Source: Antedon mediterranea
Taxonomy: Eukaryota; Animalia; Echinodermata
NCBI RefSeq assembly: GCF_964355755.1
Contig: NC_092670.1
Coordinates: 19,330,795-19,394,794 of the forward strand
DNA: 64,000 nt
Direction: 5' to 3'
The notes under the pieces are model-generated. The model was not told the origin of the DNA and searched no databases. It saw only the letters and a list, made by a program, of their open reading frames with translations. Below are positions 16,773-31,000 of this stretch, piece by piece (positions within the stretch are counted from its first letter, which is position 1; each line of letters opens with the position of its first letter). A program made the position numbers and the translations under genes.

Positions 16773-18676
16773 GCTCCATCTCTAAATCAAAATTAAAAAT
16801 GAAATTGATCTATATCACGTTATTAACATGACATGTTAGGCCTACTCTCTCAATAACATGACATTGGTGCATTATAGATAGCCAGGATATGGATACTTCA
16901 TTTGTCCACGTTCAATAAGATGATGTCTAAACGCTACCAATGGCCAAATATTGAAATTAGGAGCAACAAACAGTCACCTCGTCTAATGTTACTACTCAAT
17001 ATTTTATATGAAATCTTCAAAATGACAAGAACATTATTAGATCACTATTGATCGTCGTCAGACCGAAATACCATCCCTTTGACACGCTCATTGGTAATAA
17101 AAGGTTTAAAATAAATATTTAAATAAAACAATTATCATAGCCTATTAAACAACTTTAAGCGGCAAAATCAGGGCCTATCGCAGTTTTGCACATTAACTTT
17201 TTTATACCTTCATGCTTGACCTGACTTTAATTTTAATAACAAACTATTGTGTATCCGAACAAGAGAAAATATTTCGTTCTTCCTAATCTTTTTACGCAAA
17301 AAAACCCTGCTACCTTGAATTAAAGAGGTGAATTCTATTCATATCAAGAATAATTAACAACGGGGTTGGAGAGTTTAAATGGTAATATTATTAGGCCTAC
17401 TTAACCGTTTTAATTGCTGTATAGGAAGCAATTCTCCTGTGCTTGTTAATGTGTATTCACTTCTAGCCGGGCTGGATTGGACATTTAATTCATGTAGTAG
17501 GCCTACTGTATCAGTACCTGTTTATTTGCTGTGACTAAGGTTTGTAAAGTTAATTTTCACAAATCAGTTTTGGCTTGTTAACCTATATATTCATGGTTTA
17601 AGAAATATAGGGCCTACAGGAAGACTTAGTTACGTCAAAATCCGGACGGATAACCGGATTAATGATACAAAACCGTTTACAGTATTCGGATTCACAATTA
17701 CGTATACGTGTGATCGAAAACGTCGTAATAGTGTGAATTTAGCTGTATTTAGCAAATAATAATTATGCTGAACTGTTATGCTCATTACATACTATAATTA
17801 TTTTGTACAACTGTATCTCGTACTTTTTCTTTTGTTGCTTCGAAATTCTTTTTAGGCTTACTATTGAAACATAGTTCATTTATTCGGTCCAGTTCATCCA
17901 TGATATAGATGCATGGGTTCTTTACCAAGAGATTTATTCAATTCAATATCTTGTAAAATTACTAAATTTAATCTCAGTTTTTAAATGAAAACTACCTTAG
18001 ATATTAAATAAAAATCTTGTAACTATATTCACAAAATATTCTGATCGTCGAAAAAAATGGAAGGGATTAACAAAATATGTGTTTTTACACTTAACAGGTG
18101 TGTGCAATAGTTCTAAAGCTATATTGGTTACCCTTGGGCTATTGCTGACTATAGATAAAACAGCATCATAATAAAACTTGTATTGTTTATTGTCAATCAT
18201 CGGAGATTAGCACTCAGATAATAGGCTAAATGGATTCGTTTTTGGAAAAAAATTGGAACCGCCAGTTAATCCTTGAAAGTTATACAGTATTATTACGAGC
18301 AATGTCCTATTGTAAATACATAATGCCTATAAGGGTAGGTCAGTGGCCATATTCACCAATCACGCTTAGGCTAAGGGCTTAACACTTAAAATTAAAAATC
18401 CCCCTATTTAGGTGAATACAATTTGAATGAAATACTTAAATATTCATTGAGTTAAGTGAAATACTTAATATTTAAGGGAAATATCATTGGTGAATTCGGA
18501 GTTTTAAAACAAGTCTAGTATTTAATATATGCCTAAATCTTTTAAGCTAGGCCTACTATTGATAAATAGTACCCAACTTAATTTGTTTATGTAACGGGAA
18601 TGAAATGATCAAGTTCGTTCGCGTTGCCTTACCATGCATCACATCTTTATTATCTTAACAGATGAGCTAATTCAGC

Positions 18677-20053
18677 ATGGGCCGAGTTTCAACTATTGTG
18701 ATAGGAATAGTAAGCTCCTTATTAGTCGTCGTTGTTGTCAAAATTATTCTGTGCTTTTTCCACCGCTGGTAAGAAACAAACGTTTTAATGTTAAATTCAT
18801 CAAAGGGTTTATTTGCCCGTTCTTTCGTTTTATATCATTTGTAAATTGTTTCTTGTATTTGAAAAGAATGAGAAAAAAGGTTTGTTTTGATTGATATTTT
18901 TCTGAGAATGTTTATTACAGTGGCGGATTCATGAATAGAAGAAGGTAGGTGGAGCCATCGCCTAAAACATTGAAGTGTTGGACTTTCCTAAAGCTCTGTC
19001 CACACTATCAAACTAGTTAGAAAAAAAGGTGCCCAAATATAGTATAGTGATATGCCTATTATAGTAGTGATCCGACATCGCATTTTTTTTCTCACATAAA
19101 GTTTGATAGTGTAGACAGAACTTGACATTCTATTTGTTTAATTTACTTTTATATGGATCCGCCTATGGCTATGTGTTACTCAAGAAACCTGATACTGTAT
19201 TCTAATTTCATTGACCAAAAATAATGTTTAACACTTTTTAAAAACTTTTAAAATCCATTAATTTAGTTTATTTTATTTTTTCTGCGACCAACATTTTGCA
19301 ATCTCATGCAGGAATGGCAGACGGCTCGACACAGAAAAACAAGGTGAAACAAGTACTTTACAAAATCATGGTTTCTGCGCAGATGATGAACATGAGAAAA
19401 CAGACAGTAGGCCTATACCAACTGAGTCTGCTGCAGAACGCAAAGTAATATCAACAAGCGCCGCTGGGTATAGTATGTATTTTGTGAACACGATAGGTCA
19501 GAAGACGTCAAGAACTGCAATAACCCACGAGGAACGATCAGAAGCACTGGCAACTATTAATTCTTCTTGGGAAGATTCACAAGAAGAAATGTGTGTTATA
19601 TCAGTAGACGGGTCTAGGTTGTTGGAGAGTTCACTAGATGGATACTTAGAAACGCAGTCAGATGCGTCATTTCAATCTATAGCTGAAGATCAAGAAACGA
19701 CCTCTGACCTACAGGGAGATGAATACCACGACATAAGCGATCAGGGTATTTGCATTCTAACTCGAACGCATTTATCTATGTGCAAGTACCCAGATGTGAG
19801 CAACGAAAACTATTGCGTCATATCGTATAACGATGGCGCACAGCCCGGACCTGTTGATATCAACCAGTGGATGCATGATTACGATAACCAGCACCGTGGT
19901 TCGGTGTCATCAATTAAGTCAATTAAAACGTTTAGTTTAAACAAAGCAAAGCGTTACGTAGGCTGTGGGTCAATGAAAATGGCAGAGTATGGCATTCACG
20001 CTTCAGAAAACATATACAGCGGAATTAAAGGTTTTAGAAATATTATTGAATAG
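18677..20053 (+). CDS. Orphan single-pass membrane protein (~277 aa) with a Tyr-motif-rich cytoplasmic tail; coding exons 18677-18768 and 19312-20053
   Basis: MGRVSTIVIGIVSSLLVVVVVKIILCFFHR ends TG|gtaaga and joins cag|G AAT GGC to make Trp. The frame is open from 19313 and continues into the listed ORF 19475-20053. Confidence 0.7.
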
Positions 20054-21030
20054 GTTTGCAGATATTACTTATAAAACAAAAATATGAAATAAGATAACTA
20101 TATATATAATTACTGTCTGTAGGCCTACTGTATATAAAAGCGGTTTCTTTAATATGTATATAAAGAGTGGTGTAATTATAATAATACTGTGGACAGACTT
20201 GATAACATAAACTATATTACTTAATTTATAATAACTCCACTTGTGTATAGCTTAAAATTTTAAAATACATCAATTGCGTTCATAGTGTGGCGTGTGTGTA
20301 TTTCAATGCATAGTAAAACAATTAATTTCATAAGAGTTAACAACTTTTAATAAATTCAGTAAAAATATATTTGCAAACACACCAATTGCGTTCCATAGTG
20401 TGGTGTGCCATACTTGTTTGTGCAGTAAAAAGCAAATTAGTGACATCAATAAAGAGTTTTACAGCTTTCAATTGAATAATATTTTATTAAAATTATTCAT
20501 ATTATATATTTAAAAAATAAATTCATATTTGCAATATATTCAATTCAAAATCTTGAAACTGTACAATGCAAACTTATCAAAACGGGGATGGAAAATAAGT
20601 ACTGTAGCGGGAATACTACACCTGAATTACATGCATTAAATATAAGTAAGGTTCAAAGCTCTATAATGGTAAATCAATTAAGTCTTATTTACCAGATTTT
20701 CCTCAATAATTCTAAATCAAAAAACTTGCACGTCCATCTTTTCAGTGTGGAAGCCAATGTCAGTGAAATTATTAAGTAGATTAAGTACAGTGCAAGTTTA
20801 AACAATTTCTGCCTGTCAACCTACAGTATATCATTGATAAGCAAAACCAAAAGATGTGTATATATATGTATCTATCTCTCCATTTCTTTTAAATAAATTG
20901 AAAATATATAATTTAAAGTCCAAGGAATTTAGGAAAAGAAATTAAACTATACAAAACATGTGTGAAGAGGAAATCAAATTATAAATAGTTTTAAATTAAG
21001 TTAACATTGAATCGTTTGTGAGCGTGTCTG

Positions 21031-23910
21031 TTATTGTGAAGCAGGCTTTTGTGCCATAATCATAAATACTGGTAAATACATGGTGACCGGTGTCAGATGT
21101 GGTGGAGTATCAACTCCAAGTATCTCTAAGACTCTGAAAAAAACAAAAAAACAATTTATCAAAATCATAAAGATGTTATGGTACAAACATTAAGGAATTT
21201 TGCATACCAAGGTTTGAGTAAAGGCGTGTGGCGCAGTGTGTTGGATGTCGGACTACTGATCGTGAGATCGAGGTTCGAATCCAACTCTCGCTGCATTTCT
21301 TGTATCCTTGGCAAGATACTTTACTTGCATTTGTCTCTCTCCACCCATGTGTATAAATGGGAACCTGGTTAGATCAAGACACAACTTTGCGCTGATTACT
21401 AGCTGCATTATATACGAGTATGTTTCTATATGTGCTTAGAGGTTTCACAACATTAGGTGCTATATAAATCCAGGATATTATTTTACACCGATTTGAAATT
21501 TATGGTGGTTAAGGCTCCTAGCAACTGAACGTAACTGACCGCAACTGATAGGCACACAAAACATTTCAACATAGGCTTGTTTTCAGTTGCTTTCAGTTGT
21601 TCAACACCCCAAGCGCCCTTCCTTAGCTATGGACATGATAAATTAATAAACTTTACCTTTGTTGGAACAGAATAGCAGCCTCTTGTTCTTCTGGGTTGTC
21701 TTTGATGTAACTTTGGTAGAATGACAACGACTGAATGCATCCAATAAAATCAGACAACATTATCTCCTGGTTAATCACATGAGAATTATCCCTAAAATAA
21801 GCATTCGATACTATACTATATACTGATAACATTTAACTATACCCTGGAAAAAATACTACTTTTTAAAAAACTATTGAATGTATTTTAGAAGGATTTCTCA
21901 ATTAATAGGTGCATCTATTATGGCCCATAAACTTTTATGTAAAAGATAGGTTTTTTAAGTAAGGCACTTTCTACACAATTATTGCTAAGTTTGTTGAGAC
22001 ATGGTGGTATTCAGTAGACACACCTACGAAGACATCAGACAGTCTACTCACTAAGTTACTTTAAGCCTGGCGCACACTATAGCTAGCGGCTGAGCCAACT
22101 TGCACAAAAAACACTTTTCTCACAGTGTCAATTCGTGAGGAAAATATCTATCATGTTTAATATATTTTTGTCACATGTGTCATTTTCCTCGAGTGTGCGC
22201 CGAACGTGAGCTAAAAGCTCACTAATAAATTCCACTGCGCATGACATGTTCTAATTTATTAAAATATGTCAGCGCGCACCATATAGCGTAGTAAGTAATT
22301 ATCCAATCAGAAACTCTGAAGGCGTTTAGTATGTGTCCGATAGAACGGGATCACAGTTTGCGCAAATTTTTTAGTGAGCAAAGTGTTTTTCATGCCAGTT
22401 TGTTCAGCCGATAGCTACAGTGTGCGCCAGGCTTTAGATGCCTGACTAAAAAATGTTTCCGGTCTAGAATACAAGATTTTTGTTCAATAATATTAAAAAA
22501 TTAAAAAGACAAAGTAACTAACCTTTTATTATTTTCAAATGGTAACTGAATATCTGCATATCCATTGAATACATGCTTTCTATTTGGTGTCCAATATGGC
22601 TTTGTCTTTTCTTGAATTAACTTTTAAAATCATGATTGGTTTGACTTATTACAGATAAAATACAATGACTATATACAAGAAACAAAGATCAAAACATCAG
22701 CAACTTATTTAAAACAATGGCGATGCCAAGGATAACCCATATAGTGTTTGGTTGCCATAATTTGGGGTTGTACTAATTTGAACCGCAGCCCAATGTATAG
22801 CATACAATTGTCTGAGAACCAGATTGCTGCTACCTTCAAAGAGGATAATGAATGATAAACATATTAAAATAAAAACAATATTAAATGAAGTAATCAATGA
22901 TATACTGTACTTACCTTATTGTAAGCCTCTTCTATCTTCTCAACTTTCTTCCCATTAACTCGACAACATTGCATTTCATATCCAAAAGCAGCAATGCATC
23001 CATTTGGCTTCAATACCCTTTGAACCTCGTCACAGAACTTGGGAAAATCCAACCAATGAATACACATGGCACAGGTTATCAAATCTGTTGATCCATTCGA
23101 AACTGGGATACTTTCTCCGCTTCCACTTCTACAAAAAGAGAAAAAAAAAACAATCCACTCATACGGTAATTCAAAATGAATGATGAGGATCTAACGGTCA
23201 AAACCCCATACTGTATTCAAATATTAGCATACTGTATTCAAATAACATTTCAGAGCAAGACTTGCCCTCTGAACCCCTCTATATTTTTAAAAGCGAGAAT
23301 ATCTATATATGATTTCACTTACTTACAGATATTCTATATTTGATCGTGGCACCAATCTTGCCGACGCTAGTTGTGATTCACTGACATCCACTCCAATTAC
23401 ACGGTCAAAATGTTGACCTAGGGACCTAGTGAATTGACCTGACCCACAACCTACATCAACTGCCAGTCCATCAGGTTTCTAAATTAACAGACAGCATAAA
23501 AATAAGGCAACAAAATTATTTTCACATATAGGGGTGCACTGAATTAATGTAATTTTATTATTACTGTATTTTAGTTTAAACACGATAAACATTTGTCATT
23601 GGTGGCGCATTATGAATTTGAGCGTTCCATACCCGGCCGGCGATTATTGACGACCAAGCAGAGTTCGCGGGCTAAATGCAACATATACTGCCGGTATATA
23701 CACTACCTCCCCCTAGCTAGCTAGGCTAGTAAGTTAGCAACTATTGCTCACATTATCAACTCTGCCCTGATGCAAATATTCAATAATACGTGATATTAAA
23801 CTGTCTGGGTAAGTCGGTCGATATTTAAGATAAAGCTCAGCATGCCCTTGGTTTGCAAAAAGATGCTTATTCGTCACTTTTCGTAACAATTTCCCCAGGT
23901 AAAGACGCAT
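21031..23910 (-). CDS. Class I SAM-dependent methyltransferase (Methyltransf_11; DDB_G0268948-like); exons 23910-23752, 23478-23327, 23128-22915, 22620-22523, 21791-21657, 21133-21031
   Basis: LFANQGHAELYLKYRPTYP; motif I AVDVGCGSGQ; VIGVDVSESQL; DLITCAMCIHWLD; EVQRVLKPNGCIA; YADIQLPF. All junctions are GT-AG and in phase. Confidence 0.92.
21223..21482 (+). mobile_element. tRNA-derived SINE (antisense, in methyltransferase intron 5)
   Basis: A box TGGCGCAGTG, B box GGTTCGAATCC, central tccttggcaagatacttt block and an L2-like 3' tail gtgctatataaatcc..tattatt. Confidence 0.75.
22064..22433. mobile_element. PIF/Harbinger-type MITE (370 bp)
   Basis: TIR AGCCTGGCGCACACT / AGTGTGCGCCAGGCT, extending imperfectly for about 55 bp, with TTA on both sides. 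Confidence 0.8.
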
Positions 23911-25066
23911 TGTTTAGGCCTAGATCAACATTCAGCGACATCACTGGTAATGATTACGTCATACCCAAGTTCAGTCTGAAACTCTTCCCGGCCCCACGTG
24001 GTAGCAGTAAAACTTTGCATATTTTGCGTTGCAGGTGACTAAAGATTAAATTTAAATTATGAATATGTTGTCTGCTGACAGTAGTTATTAGGCCTGTTTT
24101 TAGATTCGTAAGCGTTTATTGTATGATCAAACAGAAAAAGGGTTAATACCAATGCATGGATCTACTTGTTTATTTATACCAGGGAGTTGTTAATTAGTTA
24201 ACAACTCCCCGTTTTATTTTATTCTTTGTTTTATATTTTGTAACGCAACCATTTCAATGTTTGTTTACGCCACTGTGAAAGCAGCAGAACATAGCCTATT
24301 AAATGGCAAGAATGTATCTGCAAATTAAAAAAAATGATAACAGATTGATTTCAATTGGCTTTTATAACTGTAATCTGAAACAAATTAATAAAGGGCAACG
24401 ATAGATTTTTGTTTAGATTCATTTTAATTTTCTTTATTCAAACACAATCACACAATAATATTTTAAATTCAAAATTAAATGCATTGCTTTCAAATATATG
24501 TCTAACCAAACTGTAGGATTAAGTCTACTTTACTACTGTAATATTTTTATATAGAATAGATGCATATTTTATGGAATGTTGAAACCTCAAGGTGTAACAA
24601 TCATATTAATAAACTTTTTTAGAAACAAAATCCAGAAAATAAAATATTTAATTTATTTATAAATATATACACATTTTAATTTTATAATGTAAGTAAGCCT
24701 ACAGTACAATGAATATTTGATATTTTTTCAATCAAACTACATAAATTAGTTTCAAGCATATACAATTAAAAACAATGTAGCCTATACATATCAATTAATA
24801 GGTATTACTGCAATTCAAACAAATGAAAAATTAAATAGATTAAGAAACAGCTACACAGTTTGTAATATATTGGTAGCCACTAACAAAATATGTTATATAC
24901 AGTATTATCAATTCAATCAAAAATCACAAGTCACACTGCAGGGTACAAGTAATCTATAATCAAATAGAAAGTACATTTATTACAATAGGACTGTTCTAAT
25001 ATCTTCAAAGGGATGATATTTACATTGGTGAATGGCATTTTTAGCTTTATCCAGTTAAGTATTCAT

Positions 25067-28000
25067 TTAATCATCAAGCTGACAAAGACTAGCTACTCCA
25101 CGGTTGATCCAGTACGTCTCTGGTTTGTTAGAACTCAAGTCCAGTATCATGACAAAGTTTGTCGAGTGACCAGTTGTTGAGAGTGTTCCCCGACGAGCAC
25201 TTGTTTTATAAACTGGACATCTGTAAATGGCCTCTTCGCTGAATTTACTCTTTTCACCAGGTTTTAGCCAAATGATGGGCAACGTATCAAAAAGCAGCTT
25301 GGGGTAAGATTCATTGATGTATTTGAGTTCACGGTCCCAACGAGCTCCTTCCAGAAACAAACCCTAACAAATAAATTTAAAGAGATGAAGAATTTGCAAA
25401 CAAACATCAGCAGAACAAAAAAAAACAAAAGCAGAGAAATACATAGTATACAACTGACTCCAAATAACGAGAGGCAAGCCATGATTCAATGTTTCGATCT
25501 TTATTTGATCATCATCATCAGGAATGAACAATAATTTCAAAGGCAGGGCCTGTCTTAAAAAAAAAAATTGTAGGTAATACATTCAGGGGTGCTGTAGGTG
25601 TGCCGTATTTTGGTTTATAGAAGTTTAAGTGTGTTGTAAATCACACTCCTCAAGGGCAGTTTAGGAGTGTGTTAGGCTCGCTCACCTCAAAAGAAAAGGT
25701 CTGCAAAGGCAGACAATTATAACTACAGTCTTTTCATAAGTATATAAATGATATATAAACCATAGAGAATTAAAGGTCTTGAGAAACTTTTTATTTCCAC
25801 TCACAAGTGGTGGGAAAGTACAGACAAACTGGAAAAACTAATTCTAATCAAAAAGATGTGATGATGCTACAGTATAAAGCACTACACTATCAAACTGTAT
25901 GTGACAAAAAAATGTGATGTGCCCATATATGGACATGATGATGTCATATCACTACAATATTTAAGCATATTACTACCATATTTTGGCACATCAGACTTTT
26001 GTTTTGTCAAACTAGTTTGATAGTGTAGACAGAGCATTAAAAATGTGTAATATGTGTAAAGTAAAAATCACTAGAAGCAACCACCAAAAATAAGTGTAGC
26101 GTTAACTCTTACCTTGACATAAGCACCATCTTCTGGTCTGTTTGGCTCACTGTCTTCCTCATAGCTGGTAACCTCAAACTGAAATCCTAAATGGTCAATT
26201 GGAATTGTGTACTTTCTTGCGAAGTTTTGACTTACACCTAGAAACAAAAATAATATATCAACTTAAACATATTTGTAACTTACAATATGAAAAATCTTAT
26301 TCAGCAAGCATCCATCAGTACTGAACATGATGTGATCAGCAGGAAGACTCTACAAAGTTGGTAGTCTATTCTAGAAATAATTGATAATTGTTTAAGCTTT
26401 GTTTACCTGTTAAGAAAGATTGAGTGAAATAAAATCCAGACAACCAAAATACTTCTGGAGTACCATTATCGATCCAGTCTTGTAAAAACTTCAATCTAAT
26501 ATACAACAGATAATATTAATTGCATTTTCTGTGTAAAAGTTCATATCATAGAGATCTAAAAAAAACTCTCTGTACTGCATCTCAACATATGGCATTCATC
26601 TGTCTAGTATCATTGGCAAATTCTGTCACATTTATATATCACACGTGATGCCTGTATTATGTTATGTCAGGCTTATAGCCTATGATACACTAGCATTACA
26701 TATACATACATATGGGATGTATTATATAATTCGCCTACATACCTCTGCAGTAAGTCTGTAACATAACTCCCCATGGGCTTAAGTGACGGATAAGACTTGG
26801 CTGCCCACATGGTTGGCACCTTCCCCACCAGCATACTGTTGAAGACATCTTCCAACTCTGCAGACATCACCACCAGTCCTTTGATGGCTTTGATGATGTT
26901 CTGGAGACTAACACGAACAACAGCTGTTAGCCGATTGAATCTGATAAGCTCTTGACGCAAGACTGTGTTCATTGATTCATTATACATTACAGGGTACTTC
27001 TCAATCACCTTTAAAAAAATACAATTTAAACATTGGTTTTCCCTTTAGATAAATGCGCTGCTTGCATGCTTGCACAGCATTTATTATCAAATTTATAAAA
27101 TATTATAAAAAAAAATGAGAAATAATGCGAATCACATCAATTTACATTATGATATTTATATAAGTACACACTTACTTCCTCAATGTTAAAGTCTGCTGGC
27201 AACTTAGAGAGGATATCACTGGCAAGATCTTGGATTACTTCTTGCGGTGACTTCCCACTGCCACCAGTTTGACGAGGAAGTGTCAAGAGAATGCCTTCAA
27301 AAAGCTTAATGCAAAAAAGAAAGAATTAAAGTTATTACAAAATTGGATAACTTCTCCCTATCATAGCTTAAAAACCAGTGGCCGTATTCACCATTTTCCC
27401 GTTAGGCTAAGGAAACAGTTACTCTTAAAATTAAGAAAAATCTCCTATCTAAGTTAAATACAATTTAAGTGAAACACTTACTGAGTTATGTGAAATACTT
27501 AATATGTAAGGGAAATATCTCACTTAAGTGTGATTGGTGAATATGGCCACAGCGTCTTTGTAACAATGTGTGTGTGGACAGAGTATTGATTTCTTAAAAG
27601 TCTCTGACCAGATACATGTCTAATAGTATTATTAGTTACCTGTTGAGTTTCCTGGTTGTCTTTCGTGATGTCTGCATTTTCATGAAGACCAAATACTTCT
27701 GGATGAGGAATCAATGGCAGACTTCTGATGTAGTCCAGATAACTGGTGTAATCACCATGATCTGGGGCATAATAATCACCACTATCTGAGAACCTGTCAA
27801 TCAAATATAACAAATACTTTAATATCATATGTCAAAATGTTTTCAGACAGTTTCTTAATAAAATTATCAAATTAACATTCACTTACGGATATTTTGACTG
27901 ATCCAGAATTTCATGGTTGTAAAATTTACTTAAGAGAGCAATTAAGAGTCGTCGATCTTTGTCATCAGTGACACGGCCTCCGTAATTACACTCGCCAGTC

Positions 28001-31000
28001 AAGTACAACAAGGCGTCAAATGGGGTTACTTCATAGTCATTCAGAAACATCTGATTGGATAAAGAATAGCAATTGTATTAGCACAGGTTTAAACATACCC
28101 TATGGTATATAGCATCACCCAAATTTAGAATATACATAATGACGTAAGTGGATTTAAGTCAACCACTACATTTGTAGGTACTCTGTTATTAGACGTCCAC
28201 CCGCCATTTTTAGTATTCAGAGACTGGTGTAGAATCTTCAAATATTTAATGTCTTCTTAAACACTAACCTGAATTTGCGTCATACTGATCCTTAGGTCTG
28301 ATTCGTTGAACTCATATGGGATGTTCCAACCAAGAGGGCCAAACTTACGCCTCTCTTGCACCAAAGCATGGAAGAAACACAATCCAAATAGCAACTTCTG
28401 CCAATTCTCGGGCTGCAAAAAGTTAAATAATTTGTTTGCTTTATGAAATATTGCATTGTTACTAAAGCTCTGTCTACACTATCAAACTTTATGTGAAAAA
28501 AAAGTTTGATGTCGCCATATATGGTAGTGATATGCCCAAATATGGTAGTCATATGATGTGATATCATGTCCATCACATTGCTTTGTTACATGAAGTCTGA
28601 TAGTGTAAACAGAGCATTAGATGTTGATTGGTTTTTCAAACACATGCCTTTTACATATCATCAAAGTGTATCGATCATTTAAATTTATCCTTTTCTTACC
28701 TTGTTGCAGCCTTGAAAGAAACTAGGATCAGAGATAGGATCATTTAGATATGATCGTAGCAAGTTGGCTCTAAGACCCTTAGGTGGCTCATTCGTCATCT
28801 TTACACCTGGAAGAGAAAAAATACGCAAATTGCTCTGAAAGACTTTGCTGATGTATAATATTTTTTACAGTGTATAATTTGTACAGATTATAAAGGGCGT
28901 GAGTAAGCATAAGTTAATAAAAATAACTAACCATTTTGTAGGATTGACACAGGAAAGCTCTCTGAGGGATAACTTGTCAACCAAAGTCGGAATGAGTTAT
29001 TAGTATTCTCAGGAACAAGAACCTCTTCACAAATCTTCTCTAGCTTAGGCATCCAACTCGTTGCTAAATGGCAATTCTGCAGTATAACCCAATTACCGGT
29101 TTTCAGCCCATCTTCGATCATCTTTTCTGCAATCGGCCCCTGACCCTGCCCAAGAGAAATTGCTTGGACACGGTTTCCAGTGTAGCCTTTGTCCTCTGCA
29201 AACTTCATCAATCCAGCCATAGGGTCAGCACCAGGAGATAAGACAAAAATCAACGGTGCACAGCAGTGTGAATCAGCAAAACTTCCTGCTAGGTCAAACG
29301 TAGGTGGCTCTATGTATGAACGTCCAATTTTATCGATGATGAAGTCTTGAACAGCGGGTACGATTTTGTCAGGACGGAAACATCTAAGTACTATCATACG
29401 TGACATTCCAGAGAATCGGTCACAAGTGCCTGGATATTTCTCTTTGTTGGGAGTAGCTGAATCATAGATTTTCTTCCATTCTTTTATGTTTTCTTGAACC
29501 TCTGCAATAACAAGTTTTTAATGTGTGATCATTTTTCAATGTAAGTTACTCCCTCTTTAGATACTATATAAATAAATGAAACAACAAGAAACAACAAATT
29601 GGAATACATCTTACCTTCGCGTAAACCTTTAAGGTTCTCCAGATTACTTGCTCTTACAATTTCAGACCATGATTTTTCTGACAGCCATTCAGGTGCAGGA
29701 TTAGGATGTGGGTTTTCCAATGCTACACCACCAGTCAGCAAGAAACGCCACTCGCTGTCGTCAACCTTTCCCCTAATAAACAAAGAAAGAGAGAGTAACT
29801 TTTCTAATCGTTGTTTTTATACTGTAAAATATTCTCGCATCAATATTCCATGACATATCTAACTAAAACAATAGAACATTAACTATAAGGCACACTACAT
29901 CATGTGAATGATTCCATTATTTATTTATTTATGGTATTTTAGTTTCCCTACAATCTATACTCACCTTCCTTGTAATATTCCAACACACAGAACCACAGAG
30001 AAAAGCAGTTTATCCTTCTCAAACAAGGACCTGCAGACATTTCTATAGATACTATCCGTAAAGTGATCATTCAAGTTCTCAATTCTTTCCTCCAGAGATG
30101 TTGACTTCTTGCTGTTCTGAATTGATTGCAGGTAGAGGTTAATGAACCATGTCAGTGAGTACTGGTACATTGGTTCGATGTTGGCAAGCTCTGAGATGCA
30201 GAAGAACAAAGTTGCTGAATGGACTGCCACTGGCTTGTAACCGTTCCTTGTCTCATCAATCTCTTTTTCAGTTGCTGAAGCAATTTCCTATAAAAAAAAG
30301 GCAAAGTATAAGACTTATATATACTGACAAATTCAACTTTTTTTCAATTGTTTCACAATCCTTTGGGTTCTTAATCTATACTAGACTATACACACCTGTT
30401 TAGCTTGGATTTCTTCTGATAGTGTCTTAGAAGATGATAAAATCTTAATAGCAGTTTCATCCTCTAAGATGTTGCCTTCTGAGCTTGACAAAACTTTTAA
30501 GATCTTGTCTTCGATCTCTTTCAGTTGCCGCTTATTTTCTGCACTTTCTAGGATTAATTGGTTCTTTTTCTCTTCAAGTTCAGGTTTTTCTTTGGCTGCC
30601 ACGATGCCGAGGAGTTGGTCTTGTAATCCAAGTGGAGTTATCATAAAGTTTACAAGAACAACCTGTAAAAAATAGTTTGTTCAAATTAATTTACGATTAT
30701 ATTGGCATAGCTAGTAAGCCATTCTCTATAGAAACTTTTACAACCAGATGGTTGCCATACAATCTCAGTCCATTTACCTTGACAGATATCTCAGGAAGGT
30801 AGTGCGGATTTCGTAAACTTGTAGTGATGTAGAATCTGAAATCGTGAGAGTACTCAATCACATTTTCACCAAGTCGTAAATACTAAAAGAAAAAACGTAA
30901 AATTTGTTATACTGTACAATATTACTTTAAATCTAGTATTTTTGTTGTATGTTGGAAGTCAAAGTAATATAGGTCAAATAAAACATTGATTGAAATCTTT

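Noticed and set aside
16880-17095. Coding first exon for the orphan membrane protein
   Set aside because: Every ATG-initiated frame I tried stops before the candidate donor at ~17094; it may be a 5' UTR exon.
21223-21295. Functional tRNA gene
   Set aside because: A and B boxes are present but the stems are imperfect, and the sequence continues into a SINE body and tail.
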